A stretch of DNA of 63,812 bases. It comes from Malacoraja senta (taxonomy: Eukaryota). Below, piece after piece: positions 25,290 through 37,427 of this stretch. The notes under the pieces were generated by a model. The model had not been told where the DNA came from. It saw only the letters and a program-made list of their open reading frames with translations, and made no database searches. Every line of letters starts with the position of its first letter. The first letter of the stretch is position 1. Location of the stretch: NCBI GenBank assembly GCA_038087875.1, contig CM075995.1:746001-809812 (forward strand), written 5' to 3'. The position numbers were made by a program, and so were the translations under genes.

Positions 25290-26215
25290 TCCAGTTTTCT
25301 CCCACACTCCAAAGACGTACAGGTTTGTAGGTTAATTGGCTTCGGTAAAATTGCCCCTAGTGTGTAGGATAATGTTAGTGTACGGGTTGACCGCTGGTCG
25401 GCGCGGACTCAGTGGGCCGAAGAGCCTGTTTCCGCACTGAATCTCTCAAATCTAAAATCTGAAAGTATAGTTATCCCATTTTCGCATCCACTCCCTACAC
25501 ACTCGGGGCGGTTGTGCAGTGGCCAATGAACCCACAAACCAACACGTTTTTGGCATTGGGTGGAAACCGGAGCACCTGCGGGAAATCCGCCCGGACACAG
25601 GCGGCAACTCTACCGCTGCGCCACCCTGCTGCAATAGTTGAAGCAGGTACTATATCAACATTTAAAAGACCGAGGGTGATGGTGGAAGGTGTAGGAAGGA
25701 ACAGCAGATGCTGGTTTAAACCAAAGATAGACACAAAATGCTGGAGTAACACAGTTACTGTGGGACAGGCGGCGGCTCTGGAGAAAAGGAAGGTCTTCGC
25801 CATTGTTAGAGTGAGGCTAAACACAAATTGGAGGAACAGCACCTCATATTTTGCACGGGCAGCTTACAACCCAGTGGTATGAATATTGATTTCTCTAACT
25901 TCAAGTAACCCCGGCATTCCATCTCCCTCCATTCCTCCCCCACCCAATCTGCACCAGCTTCTCGTTCTCACCCAGCAAACAACTAACAATGGCCTGTTTC
26001 CTTTATCATCGTTATTTTGTTGTTGTTCTATATCTCTCTACATCATTGTCTATACCTCGTTTCCCTTTCCTGTGACTTTCAGTCTGAAGAAAGGTCTCGA
26101 CCCGAAACGTCACCCATTCCTTCTCTCCAGAGATGCTGCCTGTCCCGCTGAGTTACTCCAGCTTTTTGTGTCTATCTTTGGGTGCTGGTGGAAGGTTGTT
26201 TTTCGGACTGGAGGC

Positions 26216-27245
26216 AATAGACAATAGACAATAGGTGCAGGAGTAGGCCATTCGGCCCTTTGAGCTAGCACCGCCATTCAATGTGATCATGGCTGATCAT
26301 CCCCAATCAGTACCCCTTTCCTGCCTTCTCCCCATATCCCCTGACTCCGCTATTTTTCAGAGCCCTATCTAGCTCTCTCTTGAAAGCATCCAGAGAACTG
26401 GCCTCCACCATCCTCTGAGACAGAGAATTCCACAGACTCACAACTCTCTGTGAGAAAAAGTGTTTCCTCGTCTCCGTTCCAACTGGCTTACCCTTTATTC
26501 TTAAACTGTGGCCCCTGGTTCTGGATTCCCCCAACATCGGGAACATGTTTCCTGCCTCTAGTGTGTCCAAACCCTTAACAATCTTATATGTTTCAATAAG
26601 ATTCCCTCTCATCCTTCTAAACTCCAGAGTGTACAAGCCCAGCTGCTCCATTCTCTCAGCATATGACAGTCCCGCCATCCCGGGAATTAACCTTGTAAAC
26701 CTACGCTGCACTCCCTCAATAGCAAGAATGTCCTTCCTCAAATTAGGGGACCAGAACTGCACACAATACTCCAGGTGTGGTCTCACTAGGGCCCTGTACA
26801 ACTGCAGAAGGACCTCTTTGCTCCTATACTCAACTCCTTGTTATGGAGGCCAACATGCCATTCGCTTTCTTCACTGCCTGCTGTACCTGCATGCTTACTT
26901 TCATAGACTGATGAACAAGGACCCCCAGATCCCCTTGTACTTCCCCTTTTACCAACTTGACGCCATTTAGATAATAATCTGCCTTCCTGTTTTTTATACC
27001 AAAGTGGATAACCTCACATTTATCCACACTAAACTTCATCTGCCATGCATCTGCCCACTCCCCCAAAATGTCCAAGTCACCCTGCATTCTCATAGCATCC
27101 TCCTCACAGTTCACACTGCCACCCAGCTTTGTGTCATCTGCAAATTTGCTAATGTTACTTTGAATCCCTTCATCCAAATCATTGATATATATTGTAAATA
27201 GCAGCGGTCCCAGCACTGAGCCTTGCTGTACCCCGCTAGACACAG
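26216..27245 (-). mobile_element. CR1 LINE 3' 1-kb fragment (RT C-terminal half)
   Basis: SGV.QGSVLGPLLF.IYINDL..KFADDTK..W.M.F..DKC through GYGEKAG; (CTATTGT)n tail. Confidence 0.95.
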
Positions 27246-27525
27246 TTTAGAGATACCGCGTGGAAACAGGCCCTTCGGCCCACCGGGTCCGCGCCGACCA
27301 GTGAGCCCCGCACATTAACATTATCCTACACCCACTAGGGACAATTTTTACATTTACCAAGCCTATTAACTTACAAACCTGTACGTCTTTGAAGTGTAGG
27401 AGGAAACCGAAGATCTCAAAGAAAACCCACGCGGTCACGGGGAGAACGTACAAACTCCGTACAGACAACCCGGTTCTCTGGTGCTGCATTCACTGTAAGG
27501 TAGCAACTCTACCGCTGCGCCTCCC
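27246..27525 (-). mobile_element. HE1-type V-SINE
   Basis: Same consensus as the other copies; further copies at about 3763-3938, 30368-30665, 31135-31450, 36460-36732, 45618-45912, 49680-49965, 50315-50620 and 50860-51165. Confidence 0.88.
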
Positions 27526-27892
27526 TGACGGCCCTAAGGTGCAGGAGTAGGCCATTCAGCACTTCGAGCCAGCACCGCCATTCAACTTGATCATGGCTGA
27601 TCAGCCAGAATCAGTACCCCGTTCCTGCTTTCTCCCCATATCCCTTGATTCCCCAAGAGTACAGGAGCATGGTTCCCTGAAAGTGGCATTGGCCTGCATC
27701 TGCCAGGGTGAGGAACGGTTTCGACCCAAAACATCACCTATTCCTTTTCTCCAGAGATGCCATCTGACCCGCTGAGTTACTCCAGTCTATAATGAGCACA
27801 GAGGTCGGGACGTTATACTACAGTTGTACAAGATATTGCGGATGCCTCATTTGAAGTATTGTGATCAGTTTTGGTTACCCTAGCGTAGGAAG

Positions 27893-28540
27893 GATCTGGA
27901 TCTGGATCTGGATGTAGTACGCTGAAAAGCTCGAGGTAGAGCATCACTCAGCACTGTGATGGTGGTGGACATGCTAGTCGAGATGGAGATGCTTTTGGAG
28001 ATGCATATTTTATGTGTGTTGATGTTTTGGAGATCTTTAATGCTGGCTGGTGGGGTATTCCAATCCTTTGCTGTCTTGAAGAAAAATGAGTTAGAAAGTG
28101 CTGATGAAGTGCCGTGCGGAATGAAATAATTTCCAGGTTGGTAGCTTCTGGTTGACTTGCCTATGGGTGCTTGGGTTAACTGGATGAGGTCCTCCATCTT
28201 TAAATCAATAGTGGTATTCTTGATCTTGTGGAACACAACTCAAACAAAACTCTGAACATTAATAGACCATTATCTGTTTTATTGCACTTTATCTGTTTAT
28301 TTATCCATGTGTGTATATATTTATATAATGGTATACGGACACACTGATCTGTTCTGTATTCATGCCTACTATATCCTGTTGTGCTGAAGCAAAGCAAGAA
28401 TGTCATTGTCCTATCTGGGACACATGACAATAAACTCTCTTGAATCTTGAATCTTGAATGTTGTCAGTCTGATGAACTTGCGACAAGTAGTAGGTGGATG
28501 AAGTTTAAGGTCTTTTATCATGCTGGAGACTGAGCTCTGA
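27893..28540 (-). mobile_element. Divergent CR1/L2-group LINE 3' fragment (Crack/Daphne-like), interrupted by a Rex-type 3' end at ~28236-28460
   Basis: SSVSSMIKDL.L..RLT|FHKIKN..TR..Y.IP..NSFFFKTAKDWN.PASIK; (TCCAGA)n tail; inserted into an older CR1. Confidence 0.6.
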
Positions 28541-29274
28541 GGATGTTGTTAAGCTGAGAAGAGTGTAGAGAAGATTTACAAAGATGCTGCCAGGACTCGA
28601 GGGGCCTACAGGGAAATGTTGGAGAGATTAGGACGTTATTTCTTAGAGCACAGGAGGTTATGGGGTGATCTTACGATGCGATGTGATGCGATATGATAGA
28701 ACTTTATTCATCCCCGGAGGGAAATAGGTCTGCCAACAGTCATAACACACAACAAGGTACACGAAAACTTGAAATTAAAATTAAATTATGGAGGTGTATA
28801 AAATCATGAGGGGAATAGGCCCTCAGGTTCCTTTTAAATCTTGCACCTCTCACCTTACATGTATGTCCACTGATTGTTGATTCCCCTCCACTGGGTAAAA
28901 GACTCTGCATTCAGATGAACCTGGGGTGAAACCATCTTTGGGTGAAACTCTTTCACTCAGAGGGTGGTAGGTGTATAGACCAAGCTGCCTGAGAAGGTAG
29001 TCGGGACATAAAGGTAAGATGTCAAACATAAGGTTTAACACTACACGCTACAAATCCCAGTTGTGGAGACACTGGTATCGTTGTCTCGTTGTAGGACATT
29101 GATCATTTATTCTGGATTTTAATTCATGAATTGTGCTTTTTTTTAAAATATATAATTTATGATGCTTTTATAAGTGATATCCTAAGATTTTATATGTATT
29201 TTATGATGTTTTTAATATGCAATGTATTTTTATGTAATGTTGTCTCTTGTCTGGACCTTGAGTCCGAAATAAAG

Positions 29275-29277
<3 letters not shown>

Positions 29278-29352
<75 letters not shown>
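29278..29352 (+). repeat. (ATT)n microsatellite, tail of a short LINE 3' fragment starting near 29030
   Basis: About 25 ATT units after AATAAAG. Confidence 0.9.
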
Positions 29353-29355
<3 letters not shown>

Positions 29356-29756
29356 ATATACTATAACAGCATTTTAAAGTTATTTGGACAGAGAAGTAAA
29401 GAAAATGTTTAGAAGGATATGGGCCAAATGTGGGTAGGTGAGACTAACTTAGATGGGGCATAATTTAATACATTCTGGGAGCAGAATTAGGCCATTCAGC
29501 CCATCAAGTCTACTCCACCATTCAATCATGGCTGATCTATCTTTTCCTCTTATCCCCATTCTCCTGCCTTCTCCCCTTAACCCCTGACACCTGTACTAAT
29601 CAAAGTATCTTTGATTGATGAATGGCTAATCAATACCATCTAGGTCAGAATGGGCAAGTTGGCTGAAGGGCACGTTTCCGTGCTGTATGACTCTATGACT
29701 AAGACTCGATGACATATTTGAGCCTGGACATTACTGGGAGGGCAGGCATTTGAGAG

Positions 29757-30665
29757 ACAGAAGTGGAATCTCCAATTGAAGGATTCTTCATTCAATAAAT
29801 GCCAAGCATGTAACGCAATAAAACATGGCTACTTTAGCTGTACGCAAAGGTGAGCTATGCTTCACTTGTGCACTGTGCGAGTCCATATCACAGGGAAATT
29901 GCAAGAGCAGCTTGCATTTACATTGCACCTTTAGACTTTAGGGATACAGCATGGAAACAGGCCAGCGATCATCCCGACAGCGATCATCCCGTACACTAAC
30001 GCTATCCTACACACAGGAGGGACAATCTTTACCGGAGTTAATTAACCTACAAACCTGCACGTCTTTGGAGTGTGGGAGAAAGCCGGACCACCCGGAGAAA
30101 ATCCATGCAGGTCACGGGGAGAACGTACAAACAGCATCTTTCTCTCTCATCCCCATTCTCCTGCCGCTAGGCAGCAACTCTAGGCTGTTAACAGACACGG
30201 AATCTCCAATTGAAGGATTCTCCATTCAATAAATGCCAAGCATGTAACACAATGAAACATGGCTACATCAACTGTATGCTGAGGTGAGTTATGCTTCACT
30301 TGTACACAGTGTGAGTCCATGTCATAGGGAAATGGCAACAGCAGCTTGCATTTACGTTACACATTTAGACTTTAGAGATACAGCGCGGAAACGGGCTCTT
30401 AGGCCCACAGAGTTCACGCTGACCAGCGATCCCCGCATACCAGCACCATCCTACACACTGGAGACAATTTACAATTTTTACCAAAGCCAATTAACCTACA
30501 AACCTGCGCGTCTTTGGAGTGTGGGAGGAAACCGGAGCACCCGGAGAAAACCCACGCAGATCATGGGGAAAACGTGCAAACTCCATACAGACAGCACCCG
30601 TAGTCATGATTGAACCCGGGTCTCTGACGCTGTGAGGCAGCAACTCTACCGCTGCGCCACCATGC
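29757..30665. repeat. Diverged tandem duplication, ~434-bp period (unique ~180 bp plus HE1 SINE)
   Basis: GGAATCTCCAATTGAAGGATTC..GCAGCTTGCATTTAC..TTTAGACTTTAG.GATACAGC present in units starting at 29757 and 30191. Confidence 0.85.
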
Positions 30666-31914
30666 TGGCCCATTCCACATTAAAGATGCAGGCAAGAAAT
30701 CATATTCCTGATAAAACTCCGGGAATGTTCAACACATGACAACTCTCGAAGAATACATAAAAATTATTAGAAGGGTTATTCCTTTCATAGAATTTCATAG
30801 CAAACTTGTTAATAGTTAAAAATAAACAGCTCGATGGTTCTGTCATTTTTTTACAGTATAATTAGATAGAAATCACACTTATGAAGGTCGTTTCCTTCAC
30901 CCTGAATTAATTTTCACTGTGAATGTGGTTAGGCCATTGCCTACACGGAGTGTGAATGAATCATTTTGTCTGTTCATTGTACAATGCGTGCATCTTAAAA
31001 TAGCTTCACATAAGCCAGCTAAAAAAGCTACACAAATACTTACATAATAATGCCCTTTCGTCAATTCTGGATGTCTCCAATACTTTGCAGCCAATGCAGA
31101 AATACAGAAAGTTGGAAGGAACTGCAGATTAGTTCAGTTTAGTTTAGAGATACAGCGCGAAAACAGGCCCTTCGGCACAACGAGTCCGCACCGAACAGCG
31201 ATCTCCGCACATTAACACTACTCTACAAACACTAGGGACAATTTACACTTATACCAAACCAATTAACCTACAACCCTGTACGTCTTTGGAGTGTGGGCGG
31301 AAACCGAAGATCTCGGAGAAAACCCACGCAGGTGACGGGGAGAACGTACAAACTCTGTACAGACAGCGCCCGTAGTCGGGATCGAACCCGGGTCTCTGGC
31401 GCTGCAAGCGCCGTACGGCAGCAACTCTACCGCTGCGCCACCGTGCCGCCCCTGTTGGTTTGTAACCAGATGTTAGTATACACCGAAGATCGACACAAAA
31501 TGCTTGAATAACTCACCGAATAATAAGAGGCTGGATAGAGTGGATGTGGAGAGGATGTTTCCACCAGTGGGAGTGTCTAGGACCAGAGATCGTAGCCTCT
31601 GAATTAAAGGACGTTCCTTTGGGAAGGAGATGGGGAGGAATTTCTTTAGTCAGAGGGTGGTGAATCTGTGGAATTCTTTGCCACAGAAGTCTGTGGAGGC
31701 CACGTCAGTAGATATTTTTAAGGCAGAGATAGATAGATTCTTGATTAGTACGGGTGTCAGGGGTTATGGGGAGAAGGCAGAAGAATGGGGTTAGGAGGGA
31801 GAGATAGATCAGCCATGATTGAATGGCGGAGTAGACTTGATGGCCTAATTTTGCATCTATCGCATGAACTTATGACCTTATGAACATTGCGTGCCCGGGC
31901 CAAAACTTGTTCAC

Positions 31915-32500
31915 AATTTGATGGCAACTTTGAGACCACATTCGGAGTATTGTGTGCAGTTTTGGTCTCCTAATTTGAGAAAGAACACCCTTGCTATTGA
32001 GGGAGTGCAGCGTAGGTTCACGAGGTTAATCCCCGGGATGGAGGGAGTGTCATATGAGGAAAGATTGGAAAGACTGGGCTTGTATTCACTGGAATTTAGA
32101 AGGATGAGAGGGCATCTTATAGAAACGTATAAAATTATAAAAGGACTGGACATTTTGGATGCAGGGAAAATGTTCCCAATATTGGGTGAGTCCAGATCCA
32201 GGGGCCACAGTCTAAGAATAAAGGGGAAGCCATTTAAAACTGAGATGAGAAAAAACGTTTTCACCCAGGGAGTTGTGAAACTGTGGAATTCTGTGCCATA
32301 GAAGACAGTAGAGGCCAATTCACTGGATGAATTTAAAAGAGAGTTAGTTCCAGCTCTGGGTTAGCGGAATCAAGGGATATGGGGAGAAGGCAGGCGCAGG
32401 TTACTGATTCTGGATGATCAGCCATGATCACAATGAATGGCGGTGCAGGCTCGAAGGGCCAAATGGCTTCCTCCTGCACCTATTGTCTATGTATCTATGA
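31915..32500 (+). mobile_element. CR1 LINE 3' fragment
   Basis: RPH.EYCVQFWSP..LEFRRMRGHLIETYKI.. and 3' UTR. Confidence 0.92.
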
Positions 32501-33017
32501 CTTATGTTAAATGTAAGAGTAAAGTATAGATTCTATGATTAATAAATCAGTCTACCTCACCTTTGTACTTCCTCAGTTGGCATCATTTTGCTGTATAAAT
32601 GTCCTGCTGTACCGACTTAACTTTGGAGATGTGATCACAGACTTTGACTGAGACACCTCCCCTTGTGCAAGTAAAACTCACTGCTGATGGTTAATCATAA
32701 AAAGTTCTTGAGTCTTATTAAAGGGTCGACCGTCAGTTGTATCTAGGGTTGCCAACTTTGTCACTCCTAAATAAGTGACAAAAGGTCATAATACAGGAAA
32801 AATTCCCAGCGGCAATTCTTTGACCGACTCAGCCGTGGCTGGGTGAATGATGAGTTGGCCCGGGTGCTGGACTGCACACAAAGCCCAGCCAGCGGGCCCA
32901 ATGAGGAGTTTCATGAACGTCCAACTCATGAACCGATGGTCGGCCATTGAGTAAAGCACTAAAGACTTCTGTTGTAAATTGAAGACTCTCAAGTCTTGTG
33001 CAGACCTTGCTTGCTTT

Positions 33018-33250
33018 TGTGTTCGTTTGTCAAGGTCTGCACAAAACTTGAGAGTCTTCAATTTACAACAGAAGTCTTTAATGCTTTACTCAATGCTGGC
33101 AGCAAGACAGCTCAAAAATGGCTGTACACACACTGTCTACAGACAGGATAAACTATATACAAAACATCTTCCTTTGTCCTGCACAGCGCCACCTGCTGCA
33201 CGGGAGGAGCAACGGGTCCTCTCACCCCACACAGTCCACCAAACATCACA
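33018..33250 (-). repeat. 3' LTR of the Gypsy element, with PPT at 33251-33260
   Basis: TG..CA termini; polypurine tract AAAGGGGGAA immediately upstream on the minus strand. Confidence 0.9.
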
Positions 33251-34975
33251 TTCCCCCTTTCCAGTTTAAATGTCCCCATTTGGCTGGACCTTGCTTCGCT
33301 CTTTTTTTTCATCCTTTTTTGCGTTTCACAACTCTTGCTAAAGGCTCAGAATCTACTCTTTTGAAGAGATATCAGTATTTGCTTTATTTGTATGCTGTTC
33401 TTTCTCCACATGGCTGTAGTTTTTCTCGGCGGTCGTCAGCCCTTTGGATGTGAACGCAATTGGTTCTTCCTTGCCGTTTGGTGCCGTTTGTGAGATTACA
33501 GCTCCAAGACCATACGGCGATGCATCGGCGGCCAGCGAGATCGGCTTCGAAAGGTCATAGTGGACCAAACGCGTGAATGCATGGTCACACTCTTTGGACC
33601 AGTGCCATTCGACGTCCTGTTTTCGCAGGTTGTTCACGCACTTGCTGACCATGTTGCAATCTGTGGTAGATGACAATGCCATAGTTGATCCATCGTAGAT
33701 CAAGGCACTCATGTCAAGCTTGAAAGCTTGGATCCAGTCAATGGCGCACAGGGATGTACCGTCTTTACCAACGACGATCAGCGGCAACATCTGTGTCATA
33801 CCATTACAGGAAACGGCGACAGTGCATTTGCCTTTTGTGGGAATGGGCTGTCGTCCGTATCCAAAAAGGCGGATGTTGGCCGGTTTCAGTTTCGGCGATC
33901 CGATCCTCTCCCAGATGTCCTGACCCACTAGCGACACAGCCGCACCAGTGCCCACCTGGAACTGTAGATCGACGTTCGAGACCCGCAGCGAAATCCTCGG
34001 CTTGTCGGTGATCGTGGACACACCGAGCACTTCAATAGAAATGGTCTCCGCGATTTGGTCGACTGTGTTTTGCGCTTTCTTGCCCTTTCTCCGCTGTCCT
34101 ACGGATTGACACACTGCCTGGAGACGACCTTTTCTGTAACAGGCATAACAAACAAACGGACTCGATATACGGGCACACGATGATGATGAGCAGTCGAGCC
34201 GCACCGGTAGCAGGGTTTCGATCCTCCCCCCACAGGGGGACGGCTCTTCTGAAACTGTCCCACCTTCTCAGGATTCGCTCTGGGTCGATCAACTCGTTTC
34301 TGGCGTTGCGGACGAGTCTGACGAACTGTATGCACCTCCTGAGGGAGCTTCGACGCTGTTTCGCCGGCCATTCTGCGCAGTTCTTTACTCAGCAGCTCGG
34401 CCATCTTCGCACACTGCAGCACATTCTTCAATGAGGCATCCGATTCCTTGAGAATCACCTGCTGGATGAATGCGTGCCTGCAGCCTATGACCAGTCTATC
34501 CCACAACGCATTGTCTTGACACTTTTCGTAGCATTGAGTTATAAAATCACACGCCTTTGCCTTGGTGCGAAGTTTGGCAAGAAATTCGGTATCGATTGCC
34601 CTTCCTGTTGCACCATCCTGTAGAAATCATAGCGAGCTGCGAGGAAATTTCCACTTTCTTCGAAATGCAGCTGCAAAGCCGTTGTGATTTCAGCACATGA
34701 GGCTTCAGTTACTTCTTCTGTAAGTACATTTTGAAGCAGTGAGACATTGATGAACACAAGAGAGCCTTCTTCCTCTGGTCAGTCGTAATTGCCATACTTT
34801 CAAAATATAACTCGGCGCGCATTAAATACGACGACCACCTTTCTCACTCGGGATCGAAACGATTGAATTGCCGAGACATGTTAGTTTGAGTACACTACAG
34901 AACTAAAAAAATATATATATATTTTTTTAATTGTAAATTAGGCTCTTATCTGGGTCTTTGGATGCAATCCGAAGT

Positions 34976-34993
34976 ATCCCACTCCTGACACCA
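34976..34993 (-). promoter_or_regulatory. Primer-binding site for tRNA-Leu(CAG)
   Basis: Plus strand ATCCCACTCCTGACACCA equals the recalled 3' 18 nt of vertebrate tRNA-Leu(CAG) including CCA; 4 nt from the 5' LTR. Confidence 0.85.
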
Positions 34994-34997
34994 CTTT

Positions 34998-35229
34998 CGT
35001 GTTCGTTTTCTAGGTCTGCACAAAACTTGAGAGTCTTCAATTTACAACAAAAGTCTTTAATGCTTTACTCAATGCTGGCAGCAAGACAACTCAAAAATGG
35101 CTGCACGCTCACTGTCTACAGACAGGATAAACTGTATACAAAACATCTCCCTTTGCCCTGCGCAGCGCCACCTGCTGCACGGGAGGAGCAACAGGTCCTC
35201 CCACCCCACACAGTCCACCAAACATCACA
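34998..35229 (-). repeat. 5' LTR of the Gypsy element
   Basis: Direct repeat of 33018-33250 with scattered substitutions. Confidence 0.9.
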
Positions 35230-36844
35230 CTTGCCTTTGTTCCTTGTTGCAAGTCGCGACTTTTGTACAATGTAAGAGTGAAGCCTTATTCCTGTAATTA
35301 ACATATCAATCTACTCACATCTGTACTTCCTCAGCTGTACTGACTTAACTTTGGAGATGTGATTACAGCCTTTGACTGAAACACTTCTCCCCTTCTGCAA
35401 GTTAAAGTCACTGCTGATGGCTCATCTTATAGTTCCTCGAGTCTTATTAAAGGGTCGACTTGGTCACCATGTACCTCTTCACTCCTATACTCAAATCCTC
35501 TCCTTATGATGGCCAACAGGCCATCAGCTTTCTTCACTGCCTGCTGTACCATCCACAATCAGTACCCCGTTTCTGCCTTCTCCCCATACCCCTTGATTCC
35601 GCTAGCCCTGAGTTCTATCTAATTCTCTTTTGAAAGCATCCAGTGAATCGGCCTGCGCTGCCTTCTAAGGCAAGAATTCCACAAATTCACAACTCCCTGT
35701 TTGAAAAAAGTTTTTCCTCATCTCAGTTGTAAACGGTGACTTTTTGGTTCCGCATGCAGCACAGTACAAAGGTAAGGATACTTAATGTTAATCATTTTGA
35801 CACTGGATTGCAACTTCTCGGTTCTGCATGAAACGGGACACAAAGATAATGACAGTGAATGTGTTACTAGAAAATGCCGCTGGTGGCTTCTGAGTGGTAA
35901 GGACACTGAATATATTGACAATTTATATTACCTGGTGGACTGAACTTCTCACGCAGTGGAGTTCAAAGGTAGTGACAACAAATGTGTTCATGGCAAGTCT
36001 GTGTGCATTGGAGGTATAATGGGAATATGTTAAAGAACAGACACTAACTCCCCGTCCCATTCCAAATCCGACCTTTCTGTCCTGGGCCTCCTCCATGGCC
36101 ACCGCATATTGGAGGAGCAGCACCTCATATTTCGCTTGGGTAGTTTACACCCCAGCGGTATGAACATTGACTTCTCCAATTTCAGGTAGTCCTTGCTTTC
36201 TCCCTCCTTCCCCTCCCCTCCCCAGCTCTCCCACAGCCCACTGTCTCCACCTCTTCCTTTCTTCTTCCCGCCTCCCCCACGTCCCACCCCCACATCAGTC
36301 TGGAGAAGGGTCTCGACCTGAAACGTCGCCTATTCCTTCGCTCCATAGATGCTGCCTCACCCGCTGAGTTTCTCCAGCATTTTTGTTTACCTTCGATACT
36401 AACTGGCAGCTTGTTTTAATGTGTTGATGAACTGTACACCTCCAACAGCTTCCACACGGCGCTGAAACAGGACCTTCGGCCCACTGAGTCCGCACCGACC
36501 AGCGATCACCACGCACTAACATACATACAGCAGGGACAATGTACAATTCTACCAAGCCAATTAACCTACAATCCTGCACACCTTTGGAGTGTGGGAGGAA
36601 ACCGGAGATCCTGGAGGTAACCCATGCAGGTCACGGGGGGATCGTACAAACTCTGTACAGACAGCACGCGTAGTCAGAATCGAACCGGGGTCCCTGGCGC
36701 AGTAAGGCAGTAACTCTACCGCTGCGCCACCGCTGTATCATCACTTCCCGACTCGTATACTCAATGCCCCGACCAATGAAGGCAAGCATATCATACGCCT
36801 TCTTTACTACTCTATCTACTTGTGTTGCCACTCTCAGGGAGTTA

Positions 36845-37427
36845 AGGGGCTGTCCCACATGGCCGACCTAATCCACGCGTTCTGGCGAGTTTGCCCTCTA
36901 CTCATACTCGCGGCATGGTCGACACGAGGTCGTAGAAGGTCTTTGTAACTCTCCTTCATGCTCGAGAGCAGTCCCCGTGTACTCGAGGCCTCAGCTAGGT
37001 CGCAGCATATTTTTCAACGTTGAAAAATGCCCGCGAGTAAAAAATGGTCGCCATGAAAAAAATCGATACTTTTTTTCACTCGTAGGTTTAGTCGTAATAG
37101 GTCGTAGTCGGTCGGCATGTTAGTCGTAGGTAATCGAGGGTAGTCGAAGGTAGTCGAAGGTAGTCGTAGATAGTCTTCATCATAATCGAAGGGAGGTCGA
37201 AGGAGATCGAAAGAGGTCGTCTTGTCTTCACTCTCCACTATTCGCTGTCCAATTTTCCCGAAGTTAGTTGTAGCTAGTCGTAGCTAGTCGAAGCTGGTCT
37301 TCAACATAGTCGAAGGAGGTCGAAGGAGGTCTACACAGTCGAAGGAGGTCTTCAACATGACATTTTTTCAAACTCTCCTAAACTCTTCTAAACTTGCCAA
37401 TTAGGTCGCCCAAGTGGGACAGCCCCT
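36845..37427. mobile_element. PIF/Harbinger-like MITE
   Basis: TIR AGGGGCTGTCCCAC..GTGGGACAGCCCCT with TTA target-site duplication; inserted in a CR1 fragment. Confidence 0.85.

Larger units (their letters stand above)
33018..35229 (-). mobile_element. Internally deleted Ty3/Gypsy (Mag-like) LTR retrotransposon
   Basis: Two ~232-bp LTRs; gag remnants with two CCHC-like knuckles (CYRCG.., CYACYRKG); protease FQVGTGAAVSL (DTG mutated to GTG); RNase H LAADASPYGLGAVISQ..EPIAF.S..LT.AEKNYS..EKE; RT core and integrase absent. Confidence 0.9.

Noticed and set aside
29131..29412. Poly-Ile ORF
   Set aside because: Translation of the (ATT)n tail
34976..34993. tRNA-Leu gene
   Set aside because: Only the 3' 18 nt including CCA, adjacent to an LTR, so it is a PBS
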